Shown here piece by piece: positions 1-8,600 of a stretch of 64,000 nucleotides of DNA. The notes beneath the pieces were generated by a model. It was not told where the DNA came from, searched no databases, and saw only the letters and a list, made by a program, of their open reading frames with translations. The translations under genes and the position numbers were made by a program. Source of the DNA: an uncultured virus (IMG/VR IMGVR_UViG_3300042937_000239). Its lineage: Duplodnaviria; Heunggongvirae; Uroviricota; Caudoviricetes. Location of the stretch: the IMG/VR virus record IMGVR_UViG_3300042937_000239; one strand, given 5' to 3'. How positions within the stretch are numbered: position 1 is the first letter of the stretch; the number at the start of each line of letters is the position of its first letter.

Positions 1-2
1 AT

Positions 3-224
3 ACAGGTACTAGCGGAACTTCAGGTAAAGCTGGCGGTGGTGCAGGAGGTTCTGGCGGTGATGGCGCAAACGGCGCTGCAGGTACAGGTGTATATGGTAC
101 CTACTCATCTGCCGGAGATTATAGAAGCATATATTCACCTGGTGGTAGTGGTGGTGCTAAAGGTGCTGCAATTACCGGCGGTGGTAGTGTAACTCTTTAT
201 AACTATGGGACATATAAACCATGA
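3..224 (+). CDS. C-terminal fragment of a Gly-rich tail/fibre protein (5'-truncated by the window)
   Basis: Frame from nt 3 reads TGTSGTSGKAGGGAGGSGGDGANGAAG...YGTYKP*; its TGA overlaps the next ATG (ATGA at 221-224). Confidence 0.7.
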   Translation, partial: TGTSGTSGKAGGGAGGSGGDGANGAAGTGVYGTYSSAGDYRSIYSPGGSGGAKGAAITGGGSVTLYNYGTYKP

Positions 225-688
225 TAGTACGGAAGATAAAAAGCCAAGAAGAAATGGCCAAGTGCGTAGATATGTATATTGACATCTACGAAAATGAAAT
301 TATCCCATTAGACCGTGACAAATCATTATTATCAATGAGACGTCATGTTGCTGCAGGACAATTCTTTAAAGTAATTGAAGACAATGGAGAAGTAATAGCA
401 TGGATTGCTGGAGCAGTTTTAGAAAGAGAATTTATTGCAGAGAAATACATGCAACAGATTTATTATTGTTCTAACCAAAAGGGTATGAAAGCTTATCGTT
501 GTGTAGTATTGCTTCATAAGGCATTAATTGAAGAGTCTAAGAAATTAAATATTAGACACGTATTGTCAACAGGCAGTCATGCAGACACTGAGAATGTATT
601 CGTAAAAATTCTCGGTAAGAATGGTTGGAGCGTTAGAAATTATTTAGCAATATGGAGAAACGATGAAATACATATGGGCACGGCTTAA
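221..688 (+). CDS. GNAT-fold acetyltransferase-like protein
   Basis: 155 aa; pattern 'FFKVIEDNGEVIAWIAG...YY...LHKALIEESKKLNI...KILGKNGW' resembles GNAT proteins found at the end of phage tail modules. Confidence 0.55.
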   Translation: MIVRKIKSQEEMAKCVDMYIDIYENEIIPLDRDKSLLSMRRHVAAGQFFKVIEDNGEVIAWIAGAVLEREFIAEKYMQQIYYCSNQKGMKAYRCVVLLHKALIEESKKLNIRHVLSTGSHADTENVFVKILGKNGWSVRNYLAIWRNDEIHMGTA

Positions 689-845
689 AGAGCCTTCAAC
701 ATGGTTTGGACTGATTTCAGCTACATTGGCTGTATTAAGTTCATTCAAATTTGTTACACTAACAGCAGAAGAAATGGATAGTCTGCTTGCGTTGTCAGTT
801 GCTCTTTTGGGCAGTGGTAGCGTAGTATCCAAAGATCCACAATAG
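663..845 (+). CDS. putative holin (small two-TM protein)
   Basis: 60 aa; 'RLKEPSTW.GL' N-terminus followed by two hydrophobic segments. Confidence 0.6.
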   Translation: MKYIWARLKEPSTWFGLISATLAVLSSFKFVTLTAEEMDSLLALSVALLGSGSVVSKDPQ

Positions 846-851
846 CGGTAC

Positions 852-879
852 GCCTCGACACAACTGTCGGGGCTTTTTT
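852..879 (+). terminator. intrinsic terminator ending the late/tail transcript
   Basis: GCCTCGACA-CAAC-TGTCGGGGC stem-loop followed by T6. Confidence 0.75.
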
Positions 880-884
880 ACGAG

Positions 885-1075
885 AGTCATGGGGGCAATT
901 TTGCGGGGCAAGACGGGGCATTTCTGCACGAATTTTGGTGGGCGGCAAATCTGGGCGTGTGTGGCGCGGGGCGGTGGGGGCATCACTGGTGGATCAGGGC
1001 GGCAGTTGCGTGCCGTGTAGGGCGGTTTCTGGTGCCAGAACTGGTACACGTGGGGCAGTTGCGTGCAGTTCTTCA
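885..1075. repeat. GC-rich non-coding island with repeated GGGGCA/GGCA
   Basis: Sharp GC rise against an AT-rich genome; several GGGGCA copies; the overlapping ORFs look spurious. Confidence 0.6.
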
Positions 1076-1085
1076 GGTACACTCA

Positions 1086-1103
1086 ACCCCGTTAAATTAA
1101 CCC
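1086..1103 (+). promoter_or_regulatory. motif A copy 1 (ACCCCGTTAAATTAACCC), putative phage RNAP promoter
   Basis: Exact 18-mer found 7 times, always intergenic and in the same orientation. Confidence 0.75.
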
Positions 1104-1150
1104 TTGCGGCCTCCCCCTGTATTATCTCTCTTAGTAATACGGAAATAATA

Positions 1151-1172
1151 GTATCTTATATGAAGTACAATA
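1151..1172 (+). promoter_or_regulatory. motif B copy 1 (GTATCTTATATGAAGTACAATA), putative early promoter
   Basis: Exact 22-mer found 3 times, each just upstream of an RBS and ATG in the early region. Confidence 0.75.
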
Positions 1173-1195
1173 ATAACTTTATATAGGAGAATACT

Positions 1196-2026
1196 ATGGA
1201 AAACGAAAACATAAGAATAGCACATCAATTTACGCTAAATAGACGCGATGCTACAAAACGATATGGTATTGCGCCATACCCGCAGTTTGATGCTTCTGAG
1301 AAGTACAGAAGTAAAGGTATGCAAGAAACCTTAGAAATGTTATGGGGTGTATACAAAGATGCAAATCAACTCGAAATTATCGCAAGAGTGTATACAATAG
1401 AATCTTTATGGTACTTAACTAAAAGAATTTTTGTAATTGATCCAACAGTGGCAACAGAATTACTTAACTCTAAAGTATCTAAGAAAATAGATATGTCACA
1501 AGTAAGACTTCCTGACTGGGGCATTGCTGTAAGCGCAGGTAACCTGCGATTTAAAGCCGCCAAATTTCGATTACATTGTGATGGGTATTGTAAAGATCGA
1601 TTAGTCTTCTGGGTACATGAGTCAGAAACTCAGCTTAATAGATTGTTTATGTATCCTGCAGATGAGGTTGTCGATCTAAGCGAATTTGAAGATGCCCAAG
1701 GGGATCAAATCCTGTCGGTGATATTGTATATAAGTGCAGTCAAGGATACAATACCAAAGGCTTCACGTTCAAATAATCATGCCAAGCAGCCTAAAAAGAT
1801 AAAACATTTTGATATGCCTGAACACTCAACCTCAGTAGTACTTGGTGCAAAGTTAGGGGAAAGGTTACGAGCTGGATATACTGGTACTAAACTCTCAAAT
1901 GGAATGAAAGCTCATATTCGTAGGGCACATTGGCACAACTACTGGACAGGCCCTAAAGACAACAGAAGGTTAATATGTAAGTGGACAAACTCCACGGGTG
2001 TTAATATGAATTTAGCCGATGTATAA
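1196..2026 (+). CDS. AcrVA2/FinQ-family-like protein
   Basis: C-terminal HIRRAHWHNYWTG...KW motif plus central W..TKRIFVIDP...RLPDW segment. Confidence 0.65.
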   Translation: MENENIRIAHQFTLNRRDATKRYGIAPYPQFDASEKYRSKGMQETLEMLWGVYKDANQLEIIARVYTIESLWYLTKRIFVIDPTVATELLNSKVSKKIDMSQVRLPDWGIAVSAGNLRFKAAKFRLHCDGYCKDRLVFWVHESETQLNRLFMYPADEVVDLSEFEDAQGDQILSVILYISAVKDTIPKASRSNNHAKQPKKIKHFDMPEHSTSVVLGAKLGERLRAGYTGTKLSNGMKAHIRRAHWHNYWTGPKDNRRLICKWTNSTGVNMNLADV

Positions 2027-2039
2027 CGCGGGAAATACG

Positions 2040-2061
2040 GTATCTTATATGAAGTACAATA
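2040..2061 (+). promoter_or_regulatory. motif B copy 2
   Basis: Exact 22-mer preceded by AACGCGGGAAATACG; upstream of ORF 2080. Confidence 0.75.
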
Positions 2062-2079
2062 CTAACTTGGAGATTAAAA

Positions 2080-2292
2080 ATGAAATACAAAGTAGTTATA
2101 TATGAACGCGATGATACCGACACTTATTATGCTAAAAGAGACTTATTAGACGTTTATGTAAATTTTGAAGAATATGAGCATATGATGTTATTTGTTGTTG
2201 ATACTGAAACAGGTGCTTTTGAGATTATCTGTAACGAATCGCAACTAAGGATAGCAGCTCAAAAATTATTGTATAAAGGGGAACCAAAATGA
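2080..2292 (+). CDS. early hypothetical protein
   Basis: GGAG RBS; 70 aa. Confidence 0.7.
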   Translation: MKYKVVIYERDDTDTYYAKRDLLDVYVNFEEYEHMMLFVVDTETGAFEIICNESQLRIAAQKLLYKGEPK

Positions 2293-2744
2293 TTAGGATA
2301 ATGTACAATAAAACCAAAACTGTTGCTCAAGTAGTTTACGGTAACACTCAGATAGGATACAGAATTCGCTTTGATAGTAACCATAGAGTATGGGAGATTG
2401 ATTTTGAAGACGAGCAGTTTAATAACATAGAAGCAGCAATTTTACATGTAATCTTAAACAGTCACGAGATGGAGGATGCTTGTGAAGAGAGATGCTGGGC
2501 AGACTCATCTTTTAGCTTAAGCAAAATGACAATTAGAAGTAAGTTTGGCACTACCTATAGCCTTATTACGCAAGGCGCTGGAGACTCATGGGATTTGTAC
2601 ACAATTTATGAAGACGATGAAGATGAGATTGAGGGGTATCCACCAGACAAGTTAATAACAAAAGCTTATAACTTTTATTCAACGGATTGCTTAATGACTT
2701 GGTTAGGCAGAACTTTTTACAAATTAAGATGGGAAGAAAGATGA
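2289..2744 (+). CDS. early hypothetical protein (acidic)
   Basis: ATGA overlap with the upstream gene; 151 aa. Confidence 0.7.
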   Translation: MIRIMYNKTKTVAQVVYGNTQIGYRIRFDSNHRVWEIDFEDEQFNNIEAAILHVILNSHEMEDACEERCWADSSFSLSKMTIRSKFGTTYSLITQGAGDSWDLYTIYEDDEDEIEGYPPDKLITKAYNFYSTDCLMTWLGRTFYKLRWEER

Positions 2745-3040
2745 GTACAGTAATGTTTATGATTGACGCGGTCTTTGATATACGCGTTAGAACCCATTCA
2801 GTATTTGAATATGTACTATTCGAAGCTGAATGCTACGATGAATGTATTACTCTTCTGGACAGTGCTGATGCACGTCTTAGAATTGGTAATAATTACTCAT
2901 ACACTTGGAACCATACCCATTGGGATGGGCAAAGGCTAGAGTCATTCATTACGCTTTTAGATTTACTTGATGATGATAAGTACAAATTAAACGTCCTTAC
3001 AGAGGGCCATCTTTTCCAACAAGGGGTATTAGTATTATGA
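2741..3040 (+). CDS. early hypothetical protein
   Basis: Likely start ATG 2741 (ATGA overlap) rather than 2687. Confidence 0.65.
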   Translation: MSTVMFMIDAVFDIRVRTHSVFEYVLFEAECYDECITLLDSADARLRIGNNYSYTWNHTHWDGQRLESFITLLDLLDDDKYKLNVLTEGHLFQQGVLVL

Positions 3041-3212
3041 GCGAATGGTATAGTTTTATTGAAGCAATGTTAATGGTTGGTTTTTATTTTGTTTATGTAG
3101 CTTACAATGTATTTGCAGAAGACTGCAAAGATAGACGTAAGTATTGCAAAGCACGCCGGTGGCTACGTCAAGCTATTATCCAAAAGGACTACAAATAAAC
3201 GCGGGAAACGGG

Positions 3213-3234
3213 GTATCTTATATGAAGTACAATA
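3213..3234 (+). promoter_or_regulatory. motif B copy 3
   Basis: Exact 22-mer preceded by AACGCGGGAAACGGG; upstream of ORF 3268. Confidence 0.75.
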
Positions 3235-3267
3235 AGGTACCTCAATTAACTTAACAAGGAGAATACT

Positions 3268-3531
3268 ATGACATTTGAAATAACAAGAAAAGAAGTTTTC
3301 GAAGAGTTATCTGTAAAAGACCAAGAATACGTTATTAGCGAGTTAAATGCAATAATTAAAGAAGGAGCATTGGTTTCAATTCAGGCTGAAGAGTTCTATG
3401 AAAATGAAGTATCTTTATATGGAGTCTATTCGAAGAATATAGATGAAGATTACAATTATCGTTGTTCAGGCGGATTGTGGATTTACTCCAATCCAAAAGA
3501 ACTTTTAGAAACATTTACAAAAGGTGATTAA
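3268..3531 (+). CDS. early hypothetical protein (acidic)
   Basis: AAGGAG RBS; 87 aa. Confidence 0.7.
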   Translation: MTFEITRKEVFEELSVKDQEYVISELNAIIKEGALVSIQAEEFYENEVSLYGVYSKNIDEDYNYRCSGGLWIYSNPKELLETFTKGD

Positions 3532-3718
3532 AATGGAAGGTACAATTTTTGAAATCGGTGGTTATGAGTTTTACATAGCTTGGAATGAAAAGATGACAAT
3601 CTACAAGGTTTGGTATGATCGCGGCAATTACCTTGATAGACGCGCTCCAAAGTTTGAATGCACTTCTTATGAAGAGTCTGTAGCATTCTGTAAACTCAAA
3701 TACGCTTACTGCGGGTAA
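3524..3718 (+). CDS. early hypothetical protein
   Basis: Overlaps the previous gene; its stop codon lies in the ribozyme stem III. Confidence 0.6.
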   Translation: MIKMEGTIFEIGGYEFYIAWNEKMTIYKVWYDRGNYLDRRAPKFECTSYEESVAFCKLKYAYCG

Positions 3719-3772
3719 GTGTCTCGGGATGTGTATCCCAACTGACGAGTCTGAAAAGACGAAACACACTTA
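3716..3772 (+). ncRNA. type III hammerhead ribozyme
   Basis: GUC cleavage triplet (3721-3723); stem I GGGAU/AUCCC; CUGACGA core; stem II GUCU-GAAA-AGAC; GAAAC; stem III GUGU/ACAC extended by UAA/UUA. Confidence 0.85.
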
Positions 3773-3783
3773 GGAGTTATATT

Positions 3784-3960
3784 ATGTTTACTATTGAAAT
3801 CAATGATGTAGAAATTGAAATGAAAGAAACAGGAATGGGTATTTGGGAAGGTTCTAGAGAATTTTATCAAGTAGTATTTGATGAATTTCTTCAAGAGTTG
3901 TTTGTAGCGTCAATGCTAGGCAACCGTATTGTTAAGTGTGAGAGCCAATTCTTATGCTAA
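3784..3960 (+). CDS. small acidic hypothetical protein (58 aa; below the ORF-track cutoff)
   Basis: AGGAG RBS directly after the ribozyme; MFTIEINDVEIEMKETG... Confidence 0.65.
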   Translation: MFTIEINDVEIEMKETGMGIWEGSREFYQVVFDEFLQELFVASMLGNRIVKCESQFLC

Positions 3961-4078
3961 AACATACAGTTTATGGTATTGGAAATACCGTAATGTCTTC
4001 AATAGATATGAGTGCAGATGTAATTACAATTGGGCTAGTATTAGCTCTACTTTTAATGTTTACAAAATAGGTGATATT

Positions 4079-4498
4079 ATGTTTCCTTTAATTGCGTTAG
4101 GTGTTACAGCTTTGGGTGGATTTGGTTATACTAAAACAAATTCTTACAAAAGAAAAGTAGAACGTCATGCAAGACGTGCTATGGAAAAGGCAACAAAAGT
4201 AGCAAAAGAGCAAATGGAGTCTCAAGCTTTACATAATTTAATGGTTGAAGAGATGGCTAAAACTGACTTTGCTAATCTTGAAGGCCGCTTCTGTGTTAAT
4301 GAAAAAGATAAGGAGTTAAAATATGTGCGATCCATAAGAACATTAAAGCTGGACAATTTACAAATACTTTCGTATGAGAAAGATGATGCGGAAGTAGCAG
4401 TTGTTGATACAAAGGGTTCGGTCGTCCCCTTCTATTTGAAAAAGAACGATGCACTTCTACTACAAGAAATTTTAGACAAACGGTTACCAACACCGTAA
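4079..4498 (+). CDS. N-terminally membrane-anchored hypothetical protein
   Basis: Likely start ATG 4079 after AGGTG; MFPLIALGVTALGGFG hydrophobic anchor. Confidence 0.6.
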   Translation: MFPLIALGVTALGGFGYTKTNSYKRKVERHARRAMEKATKVAKEQMESQALHNLMVEEMAKTDFANLEGRFCVNEKDKELKYVRSIRTLKLDNLQILSYEKDDAEVAVVDTKGSVVPFYLKKNDALLLQEILDKRLPTP

Positions 4499-4734
4499 GT
4501 TGGAGAGTATTGTAGTCACACCTAAGGATTACAATGGCATTTCTACAATACTCGGTTACAATTCTGTTAATGTTTGCTTTATTAGGCATCTCGCTTGTTA
4601 GTTTTACTGTAGGTACATGTATTCACCTACACAGAACAGGAGTAAGAAAATGCCGTTAATTTATTTAGCAGTTGTTGTATTAGTTGCAAAAGTTATGGAC
4701 TCCGTTATTAACGAAGACAAGTAACAAAAACACA

Positions 4735-4798
4735 CCCCCTTTCAGATTCGATTCCTTAACAGGTTTCGGGTTTGAGAGGGGTTCCTCCTTTATTTTTT
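4735..4798 (+). terminator. long GU-rich hairpin terminator closing the early region
   Basis: CCCCTTTCAGATTCGA...TCGGGTTTGAGAGGGG, then TTCCTCCTTTATTTTTT. Confidence 0.65.
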
Positions 4799-4811
4799 CC
4801 TTTTGGTATTT

Positions 4812-7031
4812 ATGCGAAATAAATTATTACGTTCTTTAAAGTCTAGAATTGTGTCTGAGATCGCTCCTCAATCTCCATTACGATTCTTAAAGAAGTTGAA
4901 TATCGAAGATCATCTTGATGAGATAATTGCCAACGCTTATTTGTATACCAGGCCCAAGAAAGGTTCTGATAAGCAGATTATAATGTCAGAAGTAATTAGT
5001 ATTCTTGGCCATAATATGCGCAAGGGTGAAAAGAAAGACTCTGCTACTGCAGCAAGATGTGGAGCATTCATTCTGTATTCTTTTGACATCTTAGGTCTAA
5101 CAGAAATTGTAATGACTAATGCAGCCAATGGGCACGGTACATATATTGTTAATGTAATTGATGAAAAGAGTATGCAAGAATTGTGGGAAACTGTTGGCAG
5201 GCAAGGAGGTAAAGGAAAACTGCCCTCACTAGTACCATATGAAGATTGGAAAGGATTTAAACATTCTACAGGATTGTCTTTAGTTAAGACACAGTCTAGG
5301 GATGTTGCAGCTACACTAACACCAGCTACTCACCCTATTGTATTTGAAGCAGTAAATAAGAGTCAGAGAGTTGGCTGGATTATAAACCAAGAAGTATACG
5401 CAGTTGCTAAGTGGGCATTAAGCAATAAAACAGAAGCATTCTCAGATATTTGGGAACAAAACAATCCACAGGCAAGAACAACAAAGCTGCGAGAAACCAA
5501 AGCAATCTTAAGTATTGCAGATAAGTTTGCTGATACAACTTTCTATCATTTGTACTATCTTGACTTTAGAGGCCGTAAGTACCCTACAACAGCATATCTG
5601 CATGAACAATCTTCAGATATAGCTAAAGGTTTGTTGCTTAGAAAAGACAAAAAAGTTATTGGACAAGAAGGTTTCTTTTGGTTATGTGTATCCATTGCAT
5701 CCAATTGGGCAGGCAGTTCAGGTAGAGAAGATGGGGCAAAAACTGACAAAATACCGCTCAAAGATAGATACCACTGGGTGCTAGATAATGAAGAGATATT
5801 AACAGCTTATGCATTGTCACCTAAATTACATCAAGGTTGGATGGATGCTGATAAGCCTTGGCAATTCCTTGCAGCTTGTGTAGAACTTAAAAATGCATTA
5901 AGTATGGGCTCAATGTACTTACAATATGAATCACATATAGAATGCTTTATTGATGGCTCTACTAATGGTTCTCAACACTTAAGTGCTTTGACTAGAGATG
6001 AAGTTACTGCTCCTTATGTTAATTTAGTACCACTAGACATGCCTGGTGATCTATATGCATACGTAGCGGCTCACGTGTGGATGAAGATTGATGCAGTTCT
6101 TAGCAGAATGCCACCTGCATTAATACTAGAGTGCGAAGAATTCATTGATGGGTTAATATCTCTGAAAAAGAAAATTGTAGCTGCAGAGCCTAAGTCTGAT
6201 TTGCGAGCAGAGTTAGTAATGCAAATTAGGCAGTATAAGAAAGATTGGGAATCTGTTGGTAATAAAGCTGCACCTGTATTCTGGGGTAGAATTAAAGACT
6301 CTAAACAAAGACGTAAAATTGTAAAGAGAAACGTAATGACATTACCTTATGGCGGCTCTAGCTATGGTCTATCTGAACAACAAATAGATGATTCAAAGAA
6401 ACATGGCATAGAGTTGTTAATGAATATGGAACATAAATGGGCAGCTTGGATGGGTAGATTAGTATATGAAGATGCTAAAGACTCTTTAGAAAGACCTATG
6501 ATGTTGTTGTCTGTATTTGAAAAAGCTGGCGCAGCTGCAGAGAAAAGAAGTCAATTCTTAGAGTGGGTTGTGCCTGTAACAAACTTTCCTGTAGTGCAAA
6601 ATTATACGGAAGGAAAGACTAAAAAGATACATATTCAGTGGGGGCCTAGAATAGGTGTTAGGAGTGATACCACAGGCTACTTTGGTAATGATATGCAATT
6701 GCATGTATGTTTTGTTGAGGATCAAGTTCCCTCAAAAGGAAAGCAGTCTCAAGGAGCAGCACCTAATGTAATCCATTCTTTGGATGCAGCACATCTAGCT
6801 ATGACAACAGTTAGATGTGACTTTCCTATCACTACAATCCATGATTCATATGGATGTTTGCTAGCAGACATGCCTAAGCTTTATCGTATTGTGCGTGAGA
6901 CATTTGTTGAGTTGTACCAAGATAATCCTTTGTACCCTATCATAGATAAGATTGATGGCGATCTTACTTATGTAGATATGGGTGATTTGGATGTTAATTT
7001 AATTCTAGAAAGTGAATACGCTTTCGCATAG
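4812..7031 (+). CDS. T7-like single-subunit DNA-directed RNA polymerase (stand-alone)
   Basis: LDFRGRKYP; motif A IDGSTNGSQHLSAL; motif B RKIVKRNVMTLPYG; APNVIHSLDAAHL; motif C IHDSYG; C-terminal YAFA. Start is ATG 4812 or TTG 4803. Confidence 0.95.
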   Translation: MRNKLLRSLKSRIVSEIAPQSPLRFLKKLNIEDHLDEIIANAYLYTRPKKGSDKQIIMSEVISILGHNMRKGEKKDSATAARCGAFILYSFDILGLTEIVMTNAANGHGTYIVNVIDEKSMQELWETVGRQGGKGKLPSLVPYEDWKGFKHSTGLSLVKTQSRDVAATLTPATHPIVFEAVNKSQRVGWIINQEVYAVAKWALSNKTEAFSDIWEQNNPQARTTKLRETKAILSIADKFADTTFYHLYYLDFRGRKYPTTAYLHEQSSDIAKGLLLRKDKKVIGQEGFFWLCVSIASNWAGSSGREDGAKTDKIPLKDRYHWVLDNEEILTAYALSPKLHQGWMDADKPWQFLAACVELKNALSMGSMYLQYESHIECFIDGSTNGSQHLSALTRDEVTAPYVNLVPLDMPGDLYAYVAAHVWMKIDAVLSRMPPALILECEEFIDGLISLKKKIVAAEPKSDLRAELVMQIRQYKKDWESVGNKAAPVFWGRIKDSKQRRKIVKRNVMTLPYGGSSYGLSEQQIDDSKKHGIELLMNMEHKWAAWMGRLVYEDAKDSLERPMMLLSVFEKAGAAAEKRSQFLEWVVPVTNFPVVQNYTEGKTKKIHIQWGPRIGVRSDTTGYFGNDMQLHVCFVEDQVPSKGKQSQGAAPNVIHSLDAAHLAMTTVRCDFPITTIHDSYGCLLADMPKLYRIVRETFVELYQDNPLYPIIDKIDGDLTYVDMGDLDVNLILESEYAFA

Positions 7032-7040
7032 GAGTTTATA

Positions 7041-7343
7041 ATGCAGTTAATGACAATTCGTGAATACTTAGAAATGATTGAGTTTGAAATATGCTATCAG
7101 ACATTGAGCCACAGGCTGACCTTGCTAGGGGTCAAACCGCTTCAGTTCAAAAGAGTTGGTAAAAACTTGGCAGGTTTGTTTAAAGTGTCTGATTTACAAG
7201 CTGCTGGTAACTACAAGAAAAGGCTACCACGCAAGCCGCAACCTATAGTTTTGCAAACAGAAATACTTCGCTTTCTAAGTAACCCCCTAACGCCTGTACA
7301 TCGTTGGTACGGCTATAGAAATGAGGAATTAAAATGGCTTTAA
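7041..7343 (+). CDS. hypothetical protein, possibly HTH DNA-binding
   Basis: Basic 100 aa; MTIREY...YQTLSHRL N-terminus resembles an HTH. Confidence 0.45.
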   Translation: MQLMTIREYLEMIEFEICYQTLSHRLTLLGVKPLQFKRVGKNLAGLFKVSDLQAAGNYKKRLPRKPQPIVLQTEILRFLSNPLTPVHRWYGYRNEELKWL

Positions 7344-7534
7344 GTGTAATTGGCGGTAAGAAGAACAAAGAACCACAAATAAAGATCTTTAAGGTTGTTC
7401 AAGGTGATGCAGATCATATTGATCAATTAAATGTACTAATTGCCAACAGTTGGCAAATTACAGAAATTATTTCTCTTAGCGGCTTTTTAAATATGCCAGG
7501 GGAAGCTCACTATTTATTGGAAAGGGTAGATTAA
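7334..7534 (+). CDS. hypothetical protein
   Basis: GAGG RBS; 66 aa. Confidence 0.6.
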   Translation: MALSVIGGKKNKEPQIKIFKVVQGDADHIDQLNVLIANSWQITEIISLSGFLNMPGEAHYLLERVD

Positions 7535-7724
7535 AGTGCGCGATTTAATAATTGATGAAATACTATCTTCTAAATGGTATCAAGATCTTGCAGACAGTGG
7601 AGAATTAAACTTCACTTTAGTACGTTTGAGTAACCATGATCTTTTGGAAGCCTTTAAAAAATCTTTAACTTATTAAGCCTGGGCACGCTTCTTAACTGCC
7701 CACAATTGACAGAAGGAGGTCGTC

Positions 7725-8099
7725 ATGTTAATGACACCAACACTATGTCTCGTTGCAGCAATGTACTTCGAGGCTAGAAACCAAACGTCCGATGCCATGT
7801 TAGGTGTCGGTCAAGTATTGATGGAGAATACAGAGAATGGCAAAACTATGTATGACACATTGAAAAAGAAGGGGCTGTTCTCTTGGGCAAAATATGGTGT
7901 TAAAATACCTAAGCCTAAGAGTCCGGCGGACGTGGAAGTTTTTCAGCATCAGCAGAAGCTGGCGCGAAAAATGCTTTTCAAACAACTTAGAACACCTCTA
8001 TTACGGGGTAAGTATAAGCATTTTAATAATTGGCAACTAGGTAGGCGATTCAAAACTGAAGTAAAATTAGTTAGAATTGGCGACTTAGTTTTCTATTGA
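7725..8099 (+). CDS. SleB-like cell wall hydrolase (Hydrolase_2)
   Basis: CLVAAMYFEARNQ catalytic-Glu motif; FSW; C-terminal RIGDLVFY. Confidence 0.8.
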   Translation: MLMTPTLCLVAAMYFEARNQTSDAMLGVGQVLMENTENGKTMYDTLKKKGLFSWAKYGVKIPKPKSPADVEVFQHQQKLARKMLFKQLRTPLLRGKYKHFNNWQLGRRFKTEVKLVRIGDLVFY

Positions 8100-8106
8100 G
8101 GATCTT

Positions 8107-8367
8107 ATGGATAATATTAGAGCAGTAATTGACTATGTAATTCGTGCTGAAGCGAATGATTATGAAGATTGGGTAACTGAAGTTTGGTGGGATCGAGATT
8201 TCTCACTAGAGAATAAAGAGCAATTAGAAGAATCTCTGATAGATCCCGAAATTGAGCATGTCTATAAAACTGCAGTATTAGCGCAGAGAGAGCTAGAGGC
8301 CTTAGGAAAAAGTGAGCCTGTTTTTCTAGATCTAACAATGGACCAGTTCGCAGCATTAGTATCTTAG
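8107..8367 (+). CDS. hypothetical acidic protein
   Basis: GAGGA RBS; 86 aa. Confidence 0.6.
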   Translation: MDNIRAVIDYVIRAEANDYEDWVTEVWWDRDFSLENKEQLEESLIDPEIEHVYKTAVLAQRELEALGKSEPVFLDLTMDQFAALVS

Positions 8368-8375
8368 GGGGCAAA

Positions 8376-8600
8376 ATGTTAGTATTGAAGTATTTAAGAG
8401 GTATAGTATCTTTTGTAATATCTACAGTTGTAGAAATAATCAGACTTATTATTCAATTTATTGTAATAAGTTTCATACTGTTTGCAGGAATATTTTGTCT
8501 GTTTGCAGAAGAAGATCGTAAACGCCTCAATGAAAGGCTCGAGTTTGTTGAAGGCTTACTTGATAAACAATGGGAGGGTAAATGTTGGAGTATTTTTTAA
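8376..8600 (+). CDS. small membrane protein
   Basis: Long hydrophobic segment. Confidence 0.55.
   Translation: MLVLKYLRGIVSFVISTVVEIIRLIIQFIVISFILFAGIFCLFAEEDRKRLNERLEFVEGLLDKQWEGKCWSIF

Noticed and set aside
1151..1172. Motif B as an ordinary sigma70 promoter (TACAAT or TATCTT as -10)
   Set aside because: No -35 consensus at normal spacing in any copy, and 22-bp exact identity exceeds sigma70 requirements; an alternative host sigma is not excluded
754..1186. ORFs 754-948, 795-1082 and 935-1186
   Set aside because: They span the terminator, GC island and promoter motifs, have atypical composition and lack clear RBSs
4803..7031. Classifying the phage as a T7-like podovirus or an N4-like phage
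   Set aside because: It has siphovirus tube, chaperone and TMP genes; the stand-alone RNAP is a single chain and no ~3500-aa N4-type vRNAP is seen
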